A stretch of 64,000 bases of DNA. It comes from Raillietiella orientalis. Taxonomy: Eukaryota. Made by a program: the position numbers and the translations under genes. Location of the stretch: positions 2,852,001 to 2,916,000 of the forward strand of contig JAYWIR010000028.1 in assembly GCA_036172245.1 (NCBI GenBank). Direction: 5' to 3'. Below are positions 1 through 12,416 of this stretch, in pieces. Below the pieces are notes generated by a model. That model saw only the letters and a list, made by a program, of their open reading frames with translations. It was not told the origin of the DNA and did not search any database. Numbering within the stretch: the first letter of the stretch is position 1; every line of letters begins with the position of its first letter.

Positions 1-3000
1 CCCTTTCGTGATGACCCGACCTCGGACAGCGCGCTTCCCTCGTTCTTCCCCGGCTCACCCGGAAGGATCAGGAGCTCGCGACTGCCTCATAGCTCACCCT
101 GACTTTCCGAGTAGGGAAATGAGAGGCAGGTAAAAGAAAGTAAGAAAAGGGGGACGCACAGGGGTCCCGGAAAAAGAAGGGGGGGAAAAGGGGCCCTCCG
201 GGAATTCCGAGAGTCCTGTATCACAGTCGGGGAAGGGTGAAGTGGCGGTGAGTGGCGCGCCTTCTGATTCCGCCCCCATCTCCACCCAGCTCGCATCACT
301 CCTCCCGTCTCTCCACAGAGGGTGCGTTTTCACGTGCGTCCTGCGATGCAGGGGCGGAGGGGGAGGAATCGGAAGGGGGGCGAGCGGGATGTGTGTGCAT
401 GGGAGAAGGGCAGGACGCTCCCGCGAGATTGACACGAACAGTTTGCATGCGTGGAGAGCTCGAACGACGGACCCGAGAAGGACCTGAGAAGGTGAGAGTG
501 GGTCGAAAGGGGCAGAAGGGGGAGAGAAAAAGCAAGTGCACACGCTCCAGCCGCCCCCCTCCCCCCACTCACAGCGACGTCGTGTGGGGGAGAGATTTGA
601 CGGTGGCTGCGGCTACCACTGGGCCTTCTTCCTGCCATCCTGGAGATGGTTTCCTCTCTCCTCCTCCTTTCTCCGCTCGAGCGTGAGCGCCCTCCTGTGC
701 CTGGGTACTCTGCTCTTCTCCCCCCCGCACCCGTCTCCTCCACCTTGACTAGTCTCCAGATGCCCAACACCTTCCCTTCCTCCCTCTCCCTCTCTTCCGC
801 TGCAGACCGCTCGGGCGCCTCGGTCTGTCGCGAGGGCTGCAGGCGGGAACCTCGCCCACCCGTCTCTTCAGTGGCGATGCAACTCCCCCATCCCAGTTCC
901 GGTCTCCATGAGGCTCGGCACCCTGGATCGGCAGTTCTGTTCCCCCTGGTCATCCATCTCGCTTCGAAAATCTCGGAACTAGGGACTCTACGAAGTGGTC
1001 CCCTTTGGATCCCAAGGCTTCGAGGAAGAGGAATACGCTCATGCTGAGATTCCTGCTGAGCTCGAAACCAACCTGCAGCATCCCCTTAGGGAAGAAAAGG
1101 CGAAAGAAGTTTTTTCCGTGGCTTACCGGAGCTCTCTCCATCGCTTCTTTACGCGCTCTTTCTCGTCAACTACCGGCGGATAAGCTGGGTTCGTGAGGAA
1201 TGGTCGTGGCGCAGAAGAGCTTAGAGATCCCCACCTTGTCGTTCCTTCTAGGGATGACTGCTAACTCCCTCATGCGTAGAGCCCTCAAGAAGGAAGAGAC
1301 CGGAAGAGGGAAGGCGAAGAGGAAGGGAACTTGTCCCTCCCTCGCCCCCTTTCTGAAGAGGCCTTGAACTCAAGGAGACCTCTGGCGGCGAACCTGCTTG
1401 TGGGGAGGAGGACCTGGCGGTCCAGACCTTTTCGAATCTCCCTTTGGGTCCCGTCGGTCATCAACAAAGAGCCTGAGGCTGCACAGTAGTTTGTGCTCGT
1501 CTCGTACCACCTCTAGGCATGGCCACCATGGGGTGCGGATAAGCCGAGGAAAATGGCTAAGCTCTCTTAGTGGTTTCTTGTCTTGGAGGCGCCGCTGGCC
1601 ACGGTGCCGGCACGTCTCCGTGCCACTCGCCCGCCTCCGAAAACAGGGAGTAACCGTCAAGTTCCGAAGCGAGGTCAGAGATCGATCGCGGTCTCTTCCC
1701 AGGATCCCGGCCAGGGGTGTTCCTTGAACGCGTCTTTCAGGTGATCGCCGTAAGAACGAGACCATCGACAACTCATCCATGAGCAAAGAGGAGGAGGACG
1801 AGGATTCCTCCAAGGAGCAGAAACAAGAAATGTGGACGGAAGCGCGATCTCTGCTGGACCACCCTGGTGTGGAAGAAGCGAACCAAACAAGGAACGTCAC
1901 GTTTTCCGGGAGCAAAAGGTCCGAGCCAGTGCCCGGAGAAGTCCCCTCCGCGTCCACGCCGAAAGTTCAGGAGAGCACGGGGAGCACTCCTTCAGCTGGA
2001 GACCTCACCCTCACCGAAGGTATCGGCGCTGAGCGCTGCCCCTCTCGCGCGCGTGGGAGGTTCGCGTGGGCCGCGACGAGGGCGACCGGTCCTCTCATCG
2101 CAAGCGCGACACCCTCCCAGCCTCCCCGCCCTCACAGAAGAGATGCTCGTCATCCTCGATGCTGGACCGAGGGAGTAGTTCCGCCGCCCGCCTCCCGCGG
2201 CGAGTGACGCGATGCTGCGACGCGCGCTCGTAGTCTTCCTTCCCGCCTCCGCTGCCCTGACAATCTCGGTGGCGAAGGCGGCGGCCTGAGAGTCGCTTCC
2301 TGGGCGTCCTCACATGCCCTGCATTCGGCTGGGGGGCGGATTCGATGCTCCGCATCCTGTAAAGAGGAGCAAAGAACGCAGCGAGACCGCAGACCCGTTT
2401 CCGCAGCATCCTTAACGAGGACAAACCGCGGGCACGGACTTTCTGTCCAGGAACCAACTCATCCCTGACCACTTTTTCCCTAGAAGAGCACGGGCGTGGG
2501 GAAGGACTCTTCCCTTAAGAAATAAACCTCTGTGGTCGACTTCTTCGAAGGACGGTTCCCCAACCACTCTGCTGACGTCGCGATGATCGCAGATAGGGAG
2601 AGCGGACTTGCCTCCGCTGGGTCTTCAGCGAAGCCGGAACCGAAATCCGGGTGCGCGCGGGCAGCTTCTGCCCGGAAGCGCGACAAAGTAGTCCGGCAGC
2701 GTCGCTGCGAGACGAGAGAGATTCTGAGGCGGACGTGGATGTTTCCGGTTCTGGGCTCTTTGATTCGATGGAGATCTTTCCTTTGCTTTCCGGGTTACCC
2801 TCTAAGCTTCACGTTGCCGTCGCCTCCACGCGCGACCTGACACGTATCGGGCTCTCCCGGGTCGGTTTCCGCAGATTGCTTCTCGTGTCCTTTTCCTTTC
2901 AAAAACGCGGAACCGGGAATTTTTCGGATGAGGGGAGGGAGGGGGGATTCGGAATCGCTTTCCAGTCTGAAATGCAATTAACCTCATCCCCGCTCATCCC

Positions 3001-4070
3001 TCCCGTATCCGGGTTACCACCGTCCATGTTCCTCTGTTTTCGGCGCTGGACCGGGCTTAGCTGAGAACAAGGACTGACTTGCCGAAGGAACGGCAGCGGT
3101 GCGTGGATGTCGCCGGCTGAAGTTAATGGAAGCCATCGATTCCCCCCGTCTATAGCTAAAGGATCGAATCCCCGCGCCCAAGATCACACGGAAGGTTCGC
3201 TTTCTTCTTGGATCGGTGCAGGAAGGAGATGACGTGGGTCTTGCGGATGACCTGAGATCACCAAGCGGAGTCTCACCGCCGGAAGCATGAAGACGAGAAT
3301 GATGAGAAGAGATGAGAATTTTCCTCTAGCCTCAACATTACCTGGGGATTGCTAGTAAGAAAGGAAGAACAGAATCCAGCGAACTTTGCCTTCAGGCAGT
3401 TTGCAAGGAGGCTTCTGATAGCTCAATTTTCCCGCCAATCAGGAAAGGAAAGTCTCCCCGAATCTTCGCATCTCAAAGTGCTCCTTGGATTTCACTTCCC
3501 AGAACAGGTTGGACTAAGGTTCCATTTCCTCCCCTCCTCCCATGCACATCCCTCTCGCCCCTTTCCGATTCCTCCCCCCCCCTGTATTTTCGTAATTATT
3601 GCCTCTATCAATCACGAACGAAAAGATCACCCGCCCTTGACCCTGAATGCCTTGGCGATTTCCTTTGGCCGCTTTAGAAAGAGCCTGCCTGCACGCCTGC
3701 CTTAATTTCGAATTGGGAATTCCTCCGGTTTGATGAATTCTTCTGCTTCTGCTAATTGCTTCTGCATTCACGCTTAAGGAGGTAATTGCGAATTCCCTCT
3801 TCCAGAACTCTCTTCTCCAGTAATCCTTTCCTCTAGCGGCTCTGCTTTCTATGGCAACAGGTTTTCCGTTTCATCCCCAAGTGTGTTTTTCTTTCCATTC
3901 TCTCTTTCTTCCCTTCGAAGTCGGCGACAACGTGTCACGGAGGTTTTTTTTTTTCCCGCACGCTATTCCAAGCGTGGACCATACCTCCGGTGGTGCGGCG
4001 CCTCCACAGTGGCCAGCTGAAACCTTCGCTCTGTGATAAAAGGTGATTGGAGTCGGTTTTCCCGGCACTT
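1..4070. other. Unclassified GC/CpG-rich segment, probably a decayed repeat or mobile element; continues off the window start
   Basis: Visibly GC- and CpG-rich compared with the sequence after ~4.1 kb. Many short overlapping low-complexity ORFs on both strands, with no recognisable RT, integrase, transposase or gag motif. The right boundary is approximate. Confidence 0.3.
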
Positions 4071-7000
4071 CACTAAGATTCAGTCATACAGTACAAAAAC
4101 CAATAAGCGACCTGTACAGCCTTAAGATGAGACGAAGCGCCCGTCTGCCACGAACTGTTCGGCGTCGCAGCTGGAGCGAGCAAAGTCGATGCGCGGAAGG
4201 GGACAAAATTTTTTTTTCTTTGTTCGGCGACACTGCCTTTTTGAAAGAGTGGTTTCACTCTCGAGAACATTCGCGAAGAATTGCAATGCTGCTGACACGT
4301 ATCCTTCAAAACTCCCTTTTTTTGTGTGTGTTTTTAGGTGCGGAGGTCTCTTACGACCCAGCAAATGTCACGGAGAACGCTACAACTACCAGAAGACACC
4401 GCGATGTTTTGACCTTTTTCAGTGATCTATTTCACATCAAGAAAACTAAAGACAGCTGAGAACAAGAGGAGGGCGATTTCTGTTCAGCGCGCAGTAGAAA
4501 GTAGTACTGAAATAAATACCGATCATGGTTTTCCAGACACGATTATCTCTTTACTCTGATTTTGTGCTTCTGCACCACACGGATGGTTTGATCCGCCTAC
4601 GTTTCGAGAATTCTTCTCTCTCTGCCCACCGCACAATCTGATTCAATCACAGCGGAGTTTCCCTCTCTAGGAGGATCGGAATACCTGCATCAGTACGTTG
4701 TACGAGCACTTATCGCCGTGCTCATTGGAACATGCCAAATCCGCTAATCAGAATGAGGTTGAAATGAGCCCTGCCTCGATCATGAATTGAACCTGGATGT
4801 TGCACTTGGACCAAATGATTCGATTCAGCTGGGAACGCCGCAAAATTTGGGAACGAAAATTACCAACGAGCCTATGCCTCAAACGACCCCCTCTTCACAT
4901 ATGCGAGGAAGGAGAAAACATGGGGTTGAAAATTACCTTTAGAGGAGTCTTTTTTTTTGTGTGTGTGTGTGTGTATGTGTTTTTTATTCTGTGGCCACTA
5001 TAATTTTTCCATTAGAAACTATTATTGCATTTTCTTTTCAAGTTCCTGAAATAAAATGAAACGGGGGTTGCCTTAAACTTCACTTCCCACTCCGCCAATT
5101 TCCCATGTTTTCTGTAACGTTGTATCCGGAAGCTTCAGAGTTCCACGTGACCTTCGCTTTGTGACCCCTCAATGCAAGAGCGACAAGCGACAGCTTCAAA
5201 AGGGTACCACTCTCTGAAAACGTATCCAAAGAAGCAACAGGGGAAGAAAGAACTTTGGAGCTATTAACTTCAGTGGTAATCCAGAAGTCAGTAAGAACTC
5301 CATCGCAAGACCAAGATTGAAGCCAACTTTATCAGTGTGTGAAAAAAAAAAGATTTTTGCTTTTCATCTGCCTTGTTTTCTGACCTGGCTTCTTTGGTTT
5401 TGCTCTTTGGTGCCACCTGACATGGATTTCCTTTTTGTTTCTTTCTTTTTTTCTCCTTTCAAAATTATACATACATAATATACAAGAAGATCTTCAACAT
5501 AAGTACAATCAACCAAGAACGTCGCCAATGTGGCATTATGTGGATAACGCAATTTGTATCAAATATAAGGTGAGCATATGGATCATTAAAATCCTTGGAA
5601 TAGGTCCTGATCTTGGGACAGAATTTCTGAGAAGTGCAGAAATCGAGCAGAAAACACAAATAGGAACTCTCAAACCGAAAAGTTATGCTTTCAATTCGGA
5701 CATCCGAGAGAATTCAAGAATTTTTAAGACTGTCGGAAAACACAATTTTAAAGTACTGCAATGTGATTTGATTTTCGGTATTTGAGATTTGAATGTGTGC
5801 TTTTCTGGTCGAATGGTAGGCGCGATTGTGCTCAAAACTCGTTGCGTCTGACATCGGAACATCTTTGGCGTTCCTTTCTACCTCCTGAGCACTCGGACTC
5901 TGCTGGGGATCATCTTTGGACCATGGGAGGATCGTCAAAAGTGACACCACGGTAAAGGGTTAAATAGTAGGACAGAACTCAAGATCCTCTTCCTGTGACA
6001 TCCAATCTCCTAATAGGAGGATTACGAAATTTGAGAAAAAACATGAAGAATCAATACTTGGAATTTCATTTCTCCCCAGCTGTGCTTTGGAAGCACATTA
6101 TATGCCTACTGGGCACTCCGGCTCAGCTGCCAAAGGAAGCTGAGAAATCGGTAAGCGAGTACCACCGAAATGCTGTCCGAATTGAGGAAGTGTATTTTAA
6201 AGCATCCAAGATCGATGTCATCTCACTTTGATGGTTCCTTTGAGAATTTCGTTGGCAATGGTCTTCTTGTCAGAGTATGTAAACAACCTATCTGTTGGTT
6301 TCCAATCTGCACGAAAGACATGTGCATTCTTCTATTCCACGTTTCGAATTATCATGAATTATTAATTTACGGGTCATAAAGCATTGTGGTTTTCTTTTCA
6401 TATAGTTGAGGCTGCCAGAATAAACGCTACACTTTGAAATGTGCCCGCTGGTCGGCTTCCTTGATCGGATATGGAGTTCCCTTCCTTGTCTTTTTCCTTC
6501 GATGAGATGGAAGTAATCTTCCCTTCGCTCTCCTCAAAGGTCCAGCGAGCGGAAACACTCGCTCTTCCTGCCATGCACGCATTCGAGGCCCTGCGAGTAT
6601 TCAGCATGGACAACGAAGAGCTTCAAATCCTGGGCGTGGGACTTCCGTGACCGGGAGTGCATACGAATTAAGGACGAAATCGGGCATCAGATGTGAGTTT
6701 GGATTACGATCTTCGGAAGTGTTTGCGACCATTGAAATTCCCTCTAAATTTCAGCCCCGGAGAACTTCCTTGATCGGGCAAAGAGATCGATGAATACTTC
6801 AAAATTTATCTCGAGAATTTAGAATTTAACAGTCAGCCTGTGAGCCATTCAAAAGCAAGCGACAGTCCCAGCGCTCAGATAAGGAAAGCTGAAACAGACA
6901 GAAATGCGATGACATGAAAAGAAAAAAAAACACACACACATTTGCGCGGACTTACGTGTGACGAGCAATCCTCTGGCAGAAGCATACAACCATTTCGCAC

Positions 7001-8209
7001 GATAATTTGTGTGATATCGTGAATTCCTCTGGAGCAGAAAAGGGGCAGAAGTTACTGATCAGCAACTAAGGAAAAAAAAAAAAATCACTTTCTGGTTAAT
7101 TTCATTGCGATGGAATCGAAACCGCTCACCAGATGCGATGGTGCCCGAACAGCGTAAACTTTATCCTTAAGCCGAAGAGATGCCTCTCAGTTCCCAAACG
7201 ATATCCAGGCAGCTGGAAAACGTTTCTTGAATTTCATTCCTTTCAGCGGTTCTTCAAGCACCTTTCCGGAATCAAACTCCTGCTACAGCGTCAACGTCCT
7301 CCGAAACCTCCAACACTTTCCGCATGTAAAAAAATTCCTCGCACTTGCGAATGAGTGCATCTCTTGAGAGCAGGGAACGCAAGGTGGGCCATCCGTGCGT
7401 TTTGAGGAAGAAGAAGAAGAAGAAGAAAGGCAAAAGGGTTTTACAGAAAAATAACAAACCAACGTAGCGAATGGATCAAATCGAAATTCATTATGATTGC
7501 AACCGATGCGAATCGATTCGATCATGGTAATTTGTACGAGGAACACAAGGCAAAATAACGGGGAGGAAAACACGCCAACACTCAAAGACAAACGGAAACA
7601 GACTGCCGCAGCAAGAAGAGAAAAAATAGCAAAATGAGAATCGCAAAACAGACGACCGCATACAGTTTGCTTTCATAAAAGCATTGCAGAGGGGACCAAA
7701 GGGAAAACGAGAGAGAGGATCGGACAACTCTTCAGACTCAGTGATTCAGAAATCTCTTCAGCACCTTTCCTTTCGCGCCATCTTTTCCAAATTTTCTTTA
7801 TCTTCACGGTCTGATTGCAACATCCCCGAAATTACAGCAAGTTCGATGTCAAATTTGCAGGGAATTCACCACCAAAGAACAATAGCAATAGGAAACGAAA
7901 TCGACAAGAAAGGAGACGAAAATGGAGGCTCGAGAACCGTTCACACACTCGGGAATTCAATATTGAACCGTAATGCCGAGAGCCCCTGGCGACCTTTCAC
8001 TCAAGGCTGGTCGCTTATGACATGTAGAGTGTTGTAGAAGCTCACTCCGCAAGCACATCCCGAGGAGGAAGGCAGATAATAGCACCTCCGAAATGGTGAG
8101 CAGTTACTCGTTTTCAACAAGCACCCTGCATCTCCACAAAGAAGACATTCTGTCCAATATCAACGGGAAGAAATGATCATGCGGTCGTTTCCAGCCTCTG
8201 GAACATCCT

Positions 8210-8245
8210 TAGACTTTGATCTTAGCCAAAAGGCCGAGGAGCGGC
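8210..8245 (-). pseudogene. U2: 3'-truncated U2 snRNA fragment (about nt 3-35)
   Basis: The minus strand reads CGCTCCTCGGCCTTTTGGCTAAGATCAAAGT (8243-8213). This matches the U2 5' end ATCGCTTCTCGGCCTTTTGGCTAAGATCAAAGTGTAG at 30/31 positions. It then diverges: no GTAGTA branch-pairing motif and no Sm site. Confidence 0.88.
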
Positions 8246-8627
8246 AGCATTCCTAGAGGAATTTCCCCCTAAAGGCACCGGCGAAAGAGATGTGCTCATG
8301 CGGTGCCGTGATCTGATTCGAAATGATGTTTCACTCTTCAGAATGTTCCACAGGCATCTTCAACAGCTCTCTGTGAAAACCCGCTTTGCGGTCACTTGTT
8401 GGTTTCGTGACACCTCACATGAGCCTCTCATTAAGTCCCTGATCAATTGCTGGAATTTTAATTAGAATCCATCTAGCTTGCTGAGATGCGTAAACACGCA
8501 TTTAGCAGTGAAAATGCAGGAGTGATTGAGGGTTGGTTAAAATTCGCCGGTCAACAGCCATCTTTGTGAAATTCACCTGTCGACTTCAAAGTGCGACTCT
8601 TATCGACTTCATCGCTTTAGCTAGCAT

Positions 8628-8634
<7 letters not shown>

Positions 8635-8670
<36 letters not shown>
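8635..8670 (+). repeat. Poly(A) tract, 36 nt
   Basis: Uninterrupted A run. It may be a retroposon tail, but no TSD was identified. Confidence 0.9.
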
Positions 8671-8672
<2 letters not shown>

Positions 8673-10462
8673 TCGCCTTTCCAGTTTCCTTCATTATTTG
8701 TCCATTTCTCATCTCGCTGGTGCCATCCTGTACAAAATGTGGGATACTAGTGATCCCCATCGCATCATCACAAAATGTTTAGAAAGTAAGGGAAATGAGT
8801 AGCCTTGTTTTGGTGAAGTTGATACCTCATGGATTCATCCAAATATTCATGTACGGTTGTTCTTCCAGGAGCAATGAAACAGAAACTGGCTCGAAGACTT
8901 GAATTTTCGTTATTTCGTTTTCACATCATAAAATCACTGTCAAACCCATGCCGCTGCTGAAAAATTTGATAAGTGCTTCAATTTGCAGCTGACTTTCCGA
9001 GGGGCAGCAGAACCCGATGTTAACACTTCTGGATAAGAACAAATGCATCATCATCAGCTCTGTAACGCCAGGAGATTCTGCGAGCAGCGGAAAGGCAATG
9101 CGACTTTCAGATCTCCACGACGGTCAGAGTCAGAACAGAAAGTTCTCCTTGTCATTCGAGAACGGCAAGCGCTCGTTTTTCCAGAGATTTGATTTTTTTT
9201 TTTTCCTTCTTTTTCATGGTGCCACTTTCATACAGTCATAAATGAGAGTGCTGATCTCATTACAAGCTCGTTTGCCTACTCTTTGCTTTCTGGATGTTCT
9301 CATGATTTAATGCGATTTCTTCATTTTCTGGTCGCAGGAGTGATTTGTGCGCTCTCCGTTTTGACAATCAATTTAGCAACCATATTATATTCAGATGTCC
9401 ACAGGAACTATCGTATGGACTTCTTCGACGAATAGGCTGCTCAATCAGTCGATACCCTTTTATCAGGGCAAAATGGCACCTCAACTTGCTCGGGACCTTC
9501 TCTTTCCTCGATAGCTCGTTGCTAATTCTCAGCCGCCCTCCTCTTGGGGAGGCAAGCATCTTAGATTATCATATGGTCACGTGCCAAGTTACCTTTATAG
9601 TATAATAGTCTGCACACCATTTGTCTTTCTCTTTGCAGAAAGGATCCTATTTCCGTTAGCACCACGACTCTCCTCGCACAATATTCCCCAAATCAAAAAT
9701 CTGCCGATTTCACATCCTGAATGAATACTTTTTCGAACTACATTGTCTCGCGTGGTGACGATGATGAAACTGATGGAAAAAAAAAGAAAAGATTCCAGGT
9801 AAAATGCAACGATTCGAGCTGCTAAATTTGCAAGCACTGAAAACACAATTACAATTCTAAACAAGTACGTACGTCAGAAGCAATGCCATTAGCTCTGTGA
9901 TGTAATTGGGACGATAAAAAATTATTCTATTGCACATTATTTGTGAAATTTGAAACGCTTATCTTCGAATGCAGAAAGACCTCGAACCTTGAGATGCCCG
10001 TGCTATATTATCCTTTGCAGCTCTTTGTAAAATGCATTGTTCATCATCGGCTCCATTTTGACAAAGTAAATATATTATTATGGAATCCTTCCTTAACATC
10101 AGTTGATATGAGCATATAATTTTTAATAGTATCAAAACTTGGTGGAAAATAAAAGAAAAACATGTCTCTTTTGGGCGAGGCAATCAGAGGTACATTCGTT
10201 GATCAAACTACTAATTATATAATATGAGAACTTTTCTCGAAAAAATTTTTCGGGCCGGGAGTTGCCCATGAAAAGGAGGAACACAAGGAACACATGGTGT
10301 TCCGTAACATTAGAAGATTAGAAAACGGCGGAAGGATTAATGGAGGTAAATCCTCAAGAACTGACCAAAACAATCAGTCTTTCTCTGTTTATTACTCATA
10401 AATTGCTTCACTCGTTGTGGCGAAGGCGCAGGACTGGCAAGCGTGCAGTGCATGCTCCAAGT

Positions 10463-11056
10463 CAGGTGTGCCAAACTCATTTCAACCGCGGGCCATTGAA
10501 TGCAACTGGTAAGTTCACCCGGGCGACATGACATTTGCAAATTTTCTTAAAATTAGAGTTTGAATTGAGGATTCAGAAATATGAATAGGATAATTGAAAT
10601 ACATTATGTAATTAAGTGAGTTTCGTGTAACAATATGTAATGACTATATTGTTGCTTTTATTTAAACACTTACTTAACTTAATGTGTTTATAAAAGTAAA
10701 TTTCATTTTTTTTACCAGAAACTTGCCAGCGCTTTCCTCCTACTAGTTTTACAATATCTAGATTCAAAGACTGAGAACAAACATTCTTCATTATGGTAGG
10801 TAGATGTTCATTAGTTAACCTTGCTCTGTGAGACGTTTTATTTAATTTCATGCACGAAAATAATTGCTCACATTTAACGCTGCATTTGGACTTTGGTCTC
10901 CCACGGTTGACCAGTGCATCCTAGAGCATGTGGCATGGCAACGAGGCGACGGTTACTTGCTATTTTCTTGGTAACATATTCTTCTGTTTTCATTTTATTT
11001 CAGAGCATCGCGGGCTACATAAAATCACATCGAGGGTTGCCAGTCTGACACCCCTG
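10463..11056 (-). mobile_element. Non-autonomous hAT DNA transposon (Buster/Charlie/SPIN-like, GTF2IRD2-type transposase remnant)
   Basis: Imperfect TIRs: CAGGTGTGCCAAACT (10463) and AGTCTGACACCCCTG (ending 11056), with CGCGGGC subterminal motifs. The minus-strand remnant CEQLFSCMKLNKTSHRARLTNEHL...KRWQVSG resembles the hAT C-terminal dimerisation region. The right flank CCCTAAGC fits the NNNTANNN Buster target; the left flank CTCCAAGT is a degenerate match. Confidence 0.82.
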
Positions 11057-12332
11057 CCCTAAGCCATAGCGCACGTGACAAACTTGTAATTAATTCATTA
11101 CAATAATAGTGCTCCATTTCTCCGATGATCAATTTTCCGAGTCGAAGGCTCATCGGCACCAATGGCATCGTCATTATCGCCAGACTACTGGTAAATTCCC
11201 AACGTACCTACTTTAGTTATCGTAAGACAAATAGCCAAAACTATTTTCGTATACACATTTTATGAACTATCATTTAACCTTTCCGTCTATTAGTTTGAAC
11301 TGGAAGGTGGAAAACCGTCATTAACAATCGATGCCCCGAGTTTTCGTGATGGCAACAAAATGCAGCTTTTAAACTGCGACTAGCACGGATTGCAGCCTTC
11401 TGATGATGGAAATCACGTGTAAGATACGAGGCGGCAGATCACCTACAAGCAGAGCTTAAACAAACTGAAACCTGCGAGTAGTTGTGGGGTTCATAGAATA
11501 TTAAATTTAATACCTCAAGCACGACATTCCGAACAGAATCCCGGATGCAGAGCAAGTACAGTGGAGATGCTGCCCCCAGATTACTCATTCAGTTTGTACA
11601 ATTGGACAAGAAGCATAATTGGATTTAAAAATTACTTGCAATTCTAAGGAATCTGTTCAATTTGGCGAGAACCAAAATAACTTTCGATTAGAAAACGTTT
11701 TGCTCAGGGCGGGGCGTGCATCAGTTCCCAGAAGGGTTAGGGCACTCTCTATGTTCTAACTACCGAGGAAGCCATGTCCTGCATCAGAAATAATGATTTC
11801 TGTACAACCGAAGAGCCTTGAGTGAAAAACACATCACACCAAAGGGTCAAATAAAAATAACGGTGCCACATAAACTTCTACTTTTTTGTTTTGCAATGCT
11901 GGCGCAGACTGCATGAAGGCCCACTCTGCACAGTGCAAATGATAGAAATGAATGCTTGCTGGAATGGAGTTGGTTTTCCCATTTGGCCAAGTCAAGCCGT
12001 GCTGCAACTCACGACGGCACGAACAGGGCTAATGCGACTACAAAAGCAATGGAATTATTCATTTTTTATTTATAAAAAAAATACTGTTGTATGTCATATG
12101 ATGGCACATTTTTTTAGAACTTTGCACTGCTTGCGAAGACACACACCAAAACTACGATGTTCATTCGAAATTAAAATGATGGGTTATCCAAGAGCATATG
12201 CATATAATAATTATTAGATTTTTCTACATAAACTTTGCTACTGAACACTAATATAACAGTTTGATAAAAATAATACAAAATTTAGGGGAAAAACTACAAA
12301 AAATCTTAAACTGCTGTCATTCATAAGGATTT

Positions 12333-12338
12333 TTTATT
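12333..12338 (-). promoter_or_regulatory. Candidate polyadenylation signal (AATAAA) of Nup88
   Basis: AATAAA on the minus strand about 80 nt downstream of the TAG stop. Confidence 0.5.
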
Positions 12339-12416
12339 CACATTTATATGGAAAATTACTCTGCATATTAATTTCAATTAGCTTAAAAAATAGTTTCTGT
12401 CTGACAGCAAGACATG

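Noticed and set aside
5435..6400. Possible exons or viral remnant (a GTGAGC donor at about 5570, short ORFs)
   Set aside because: No recognisable homology and no consistent multi-exon model.
8210..8245. Functional U2 snRNA gene
   Set aside because: Similarity stops at about nt 35; the branch-point pairing region, Sm site and 3' stems are absent.
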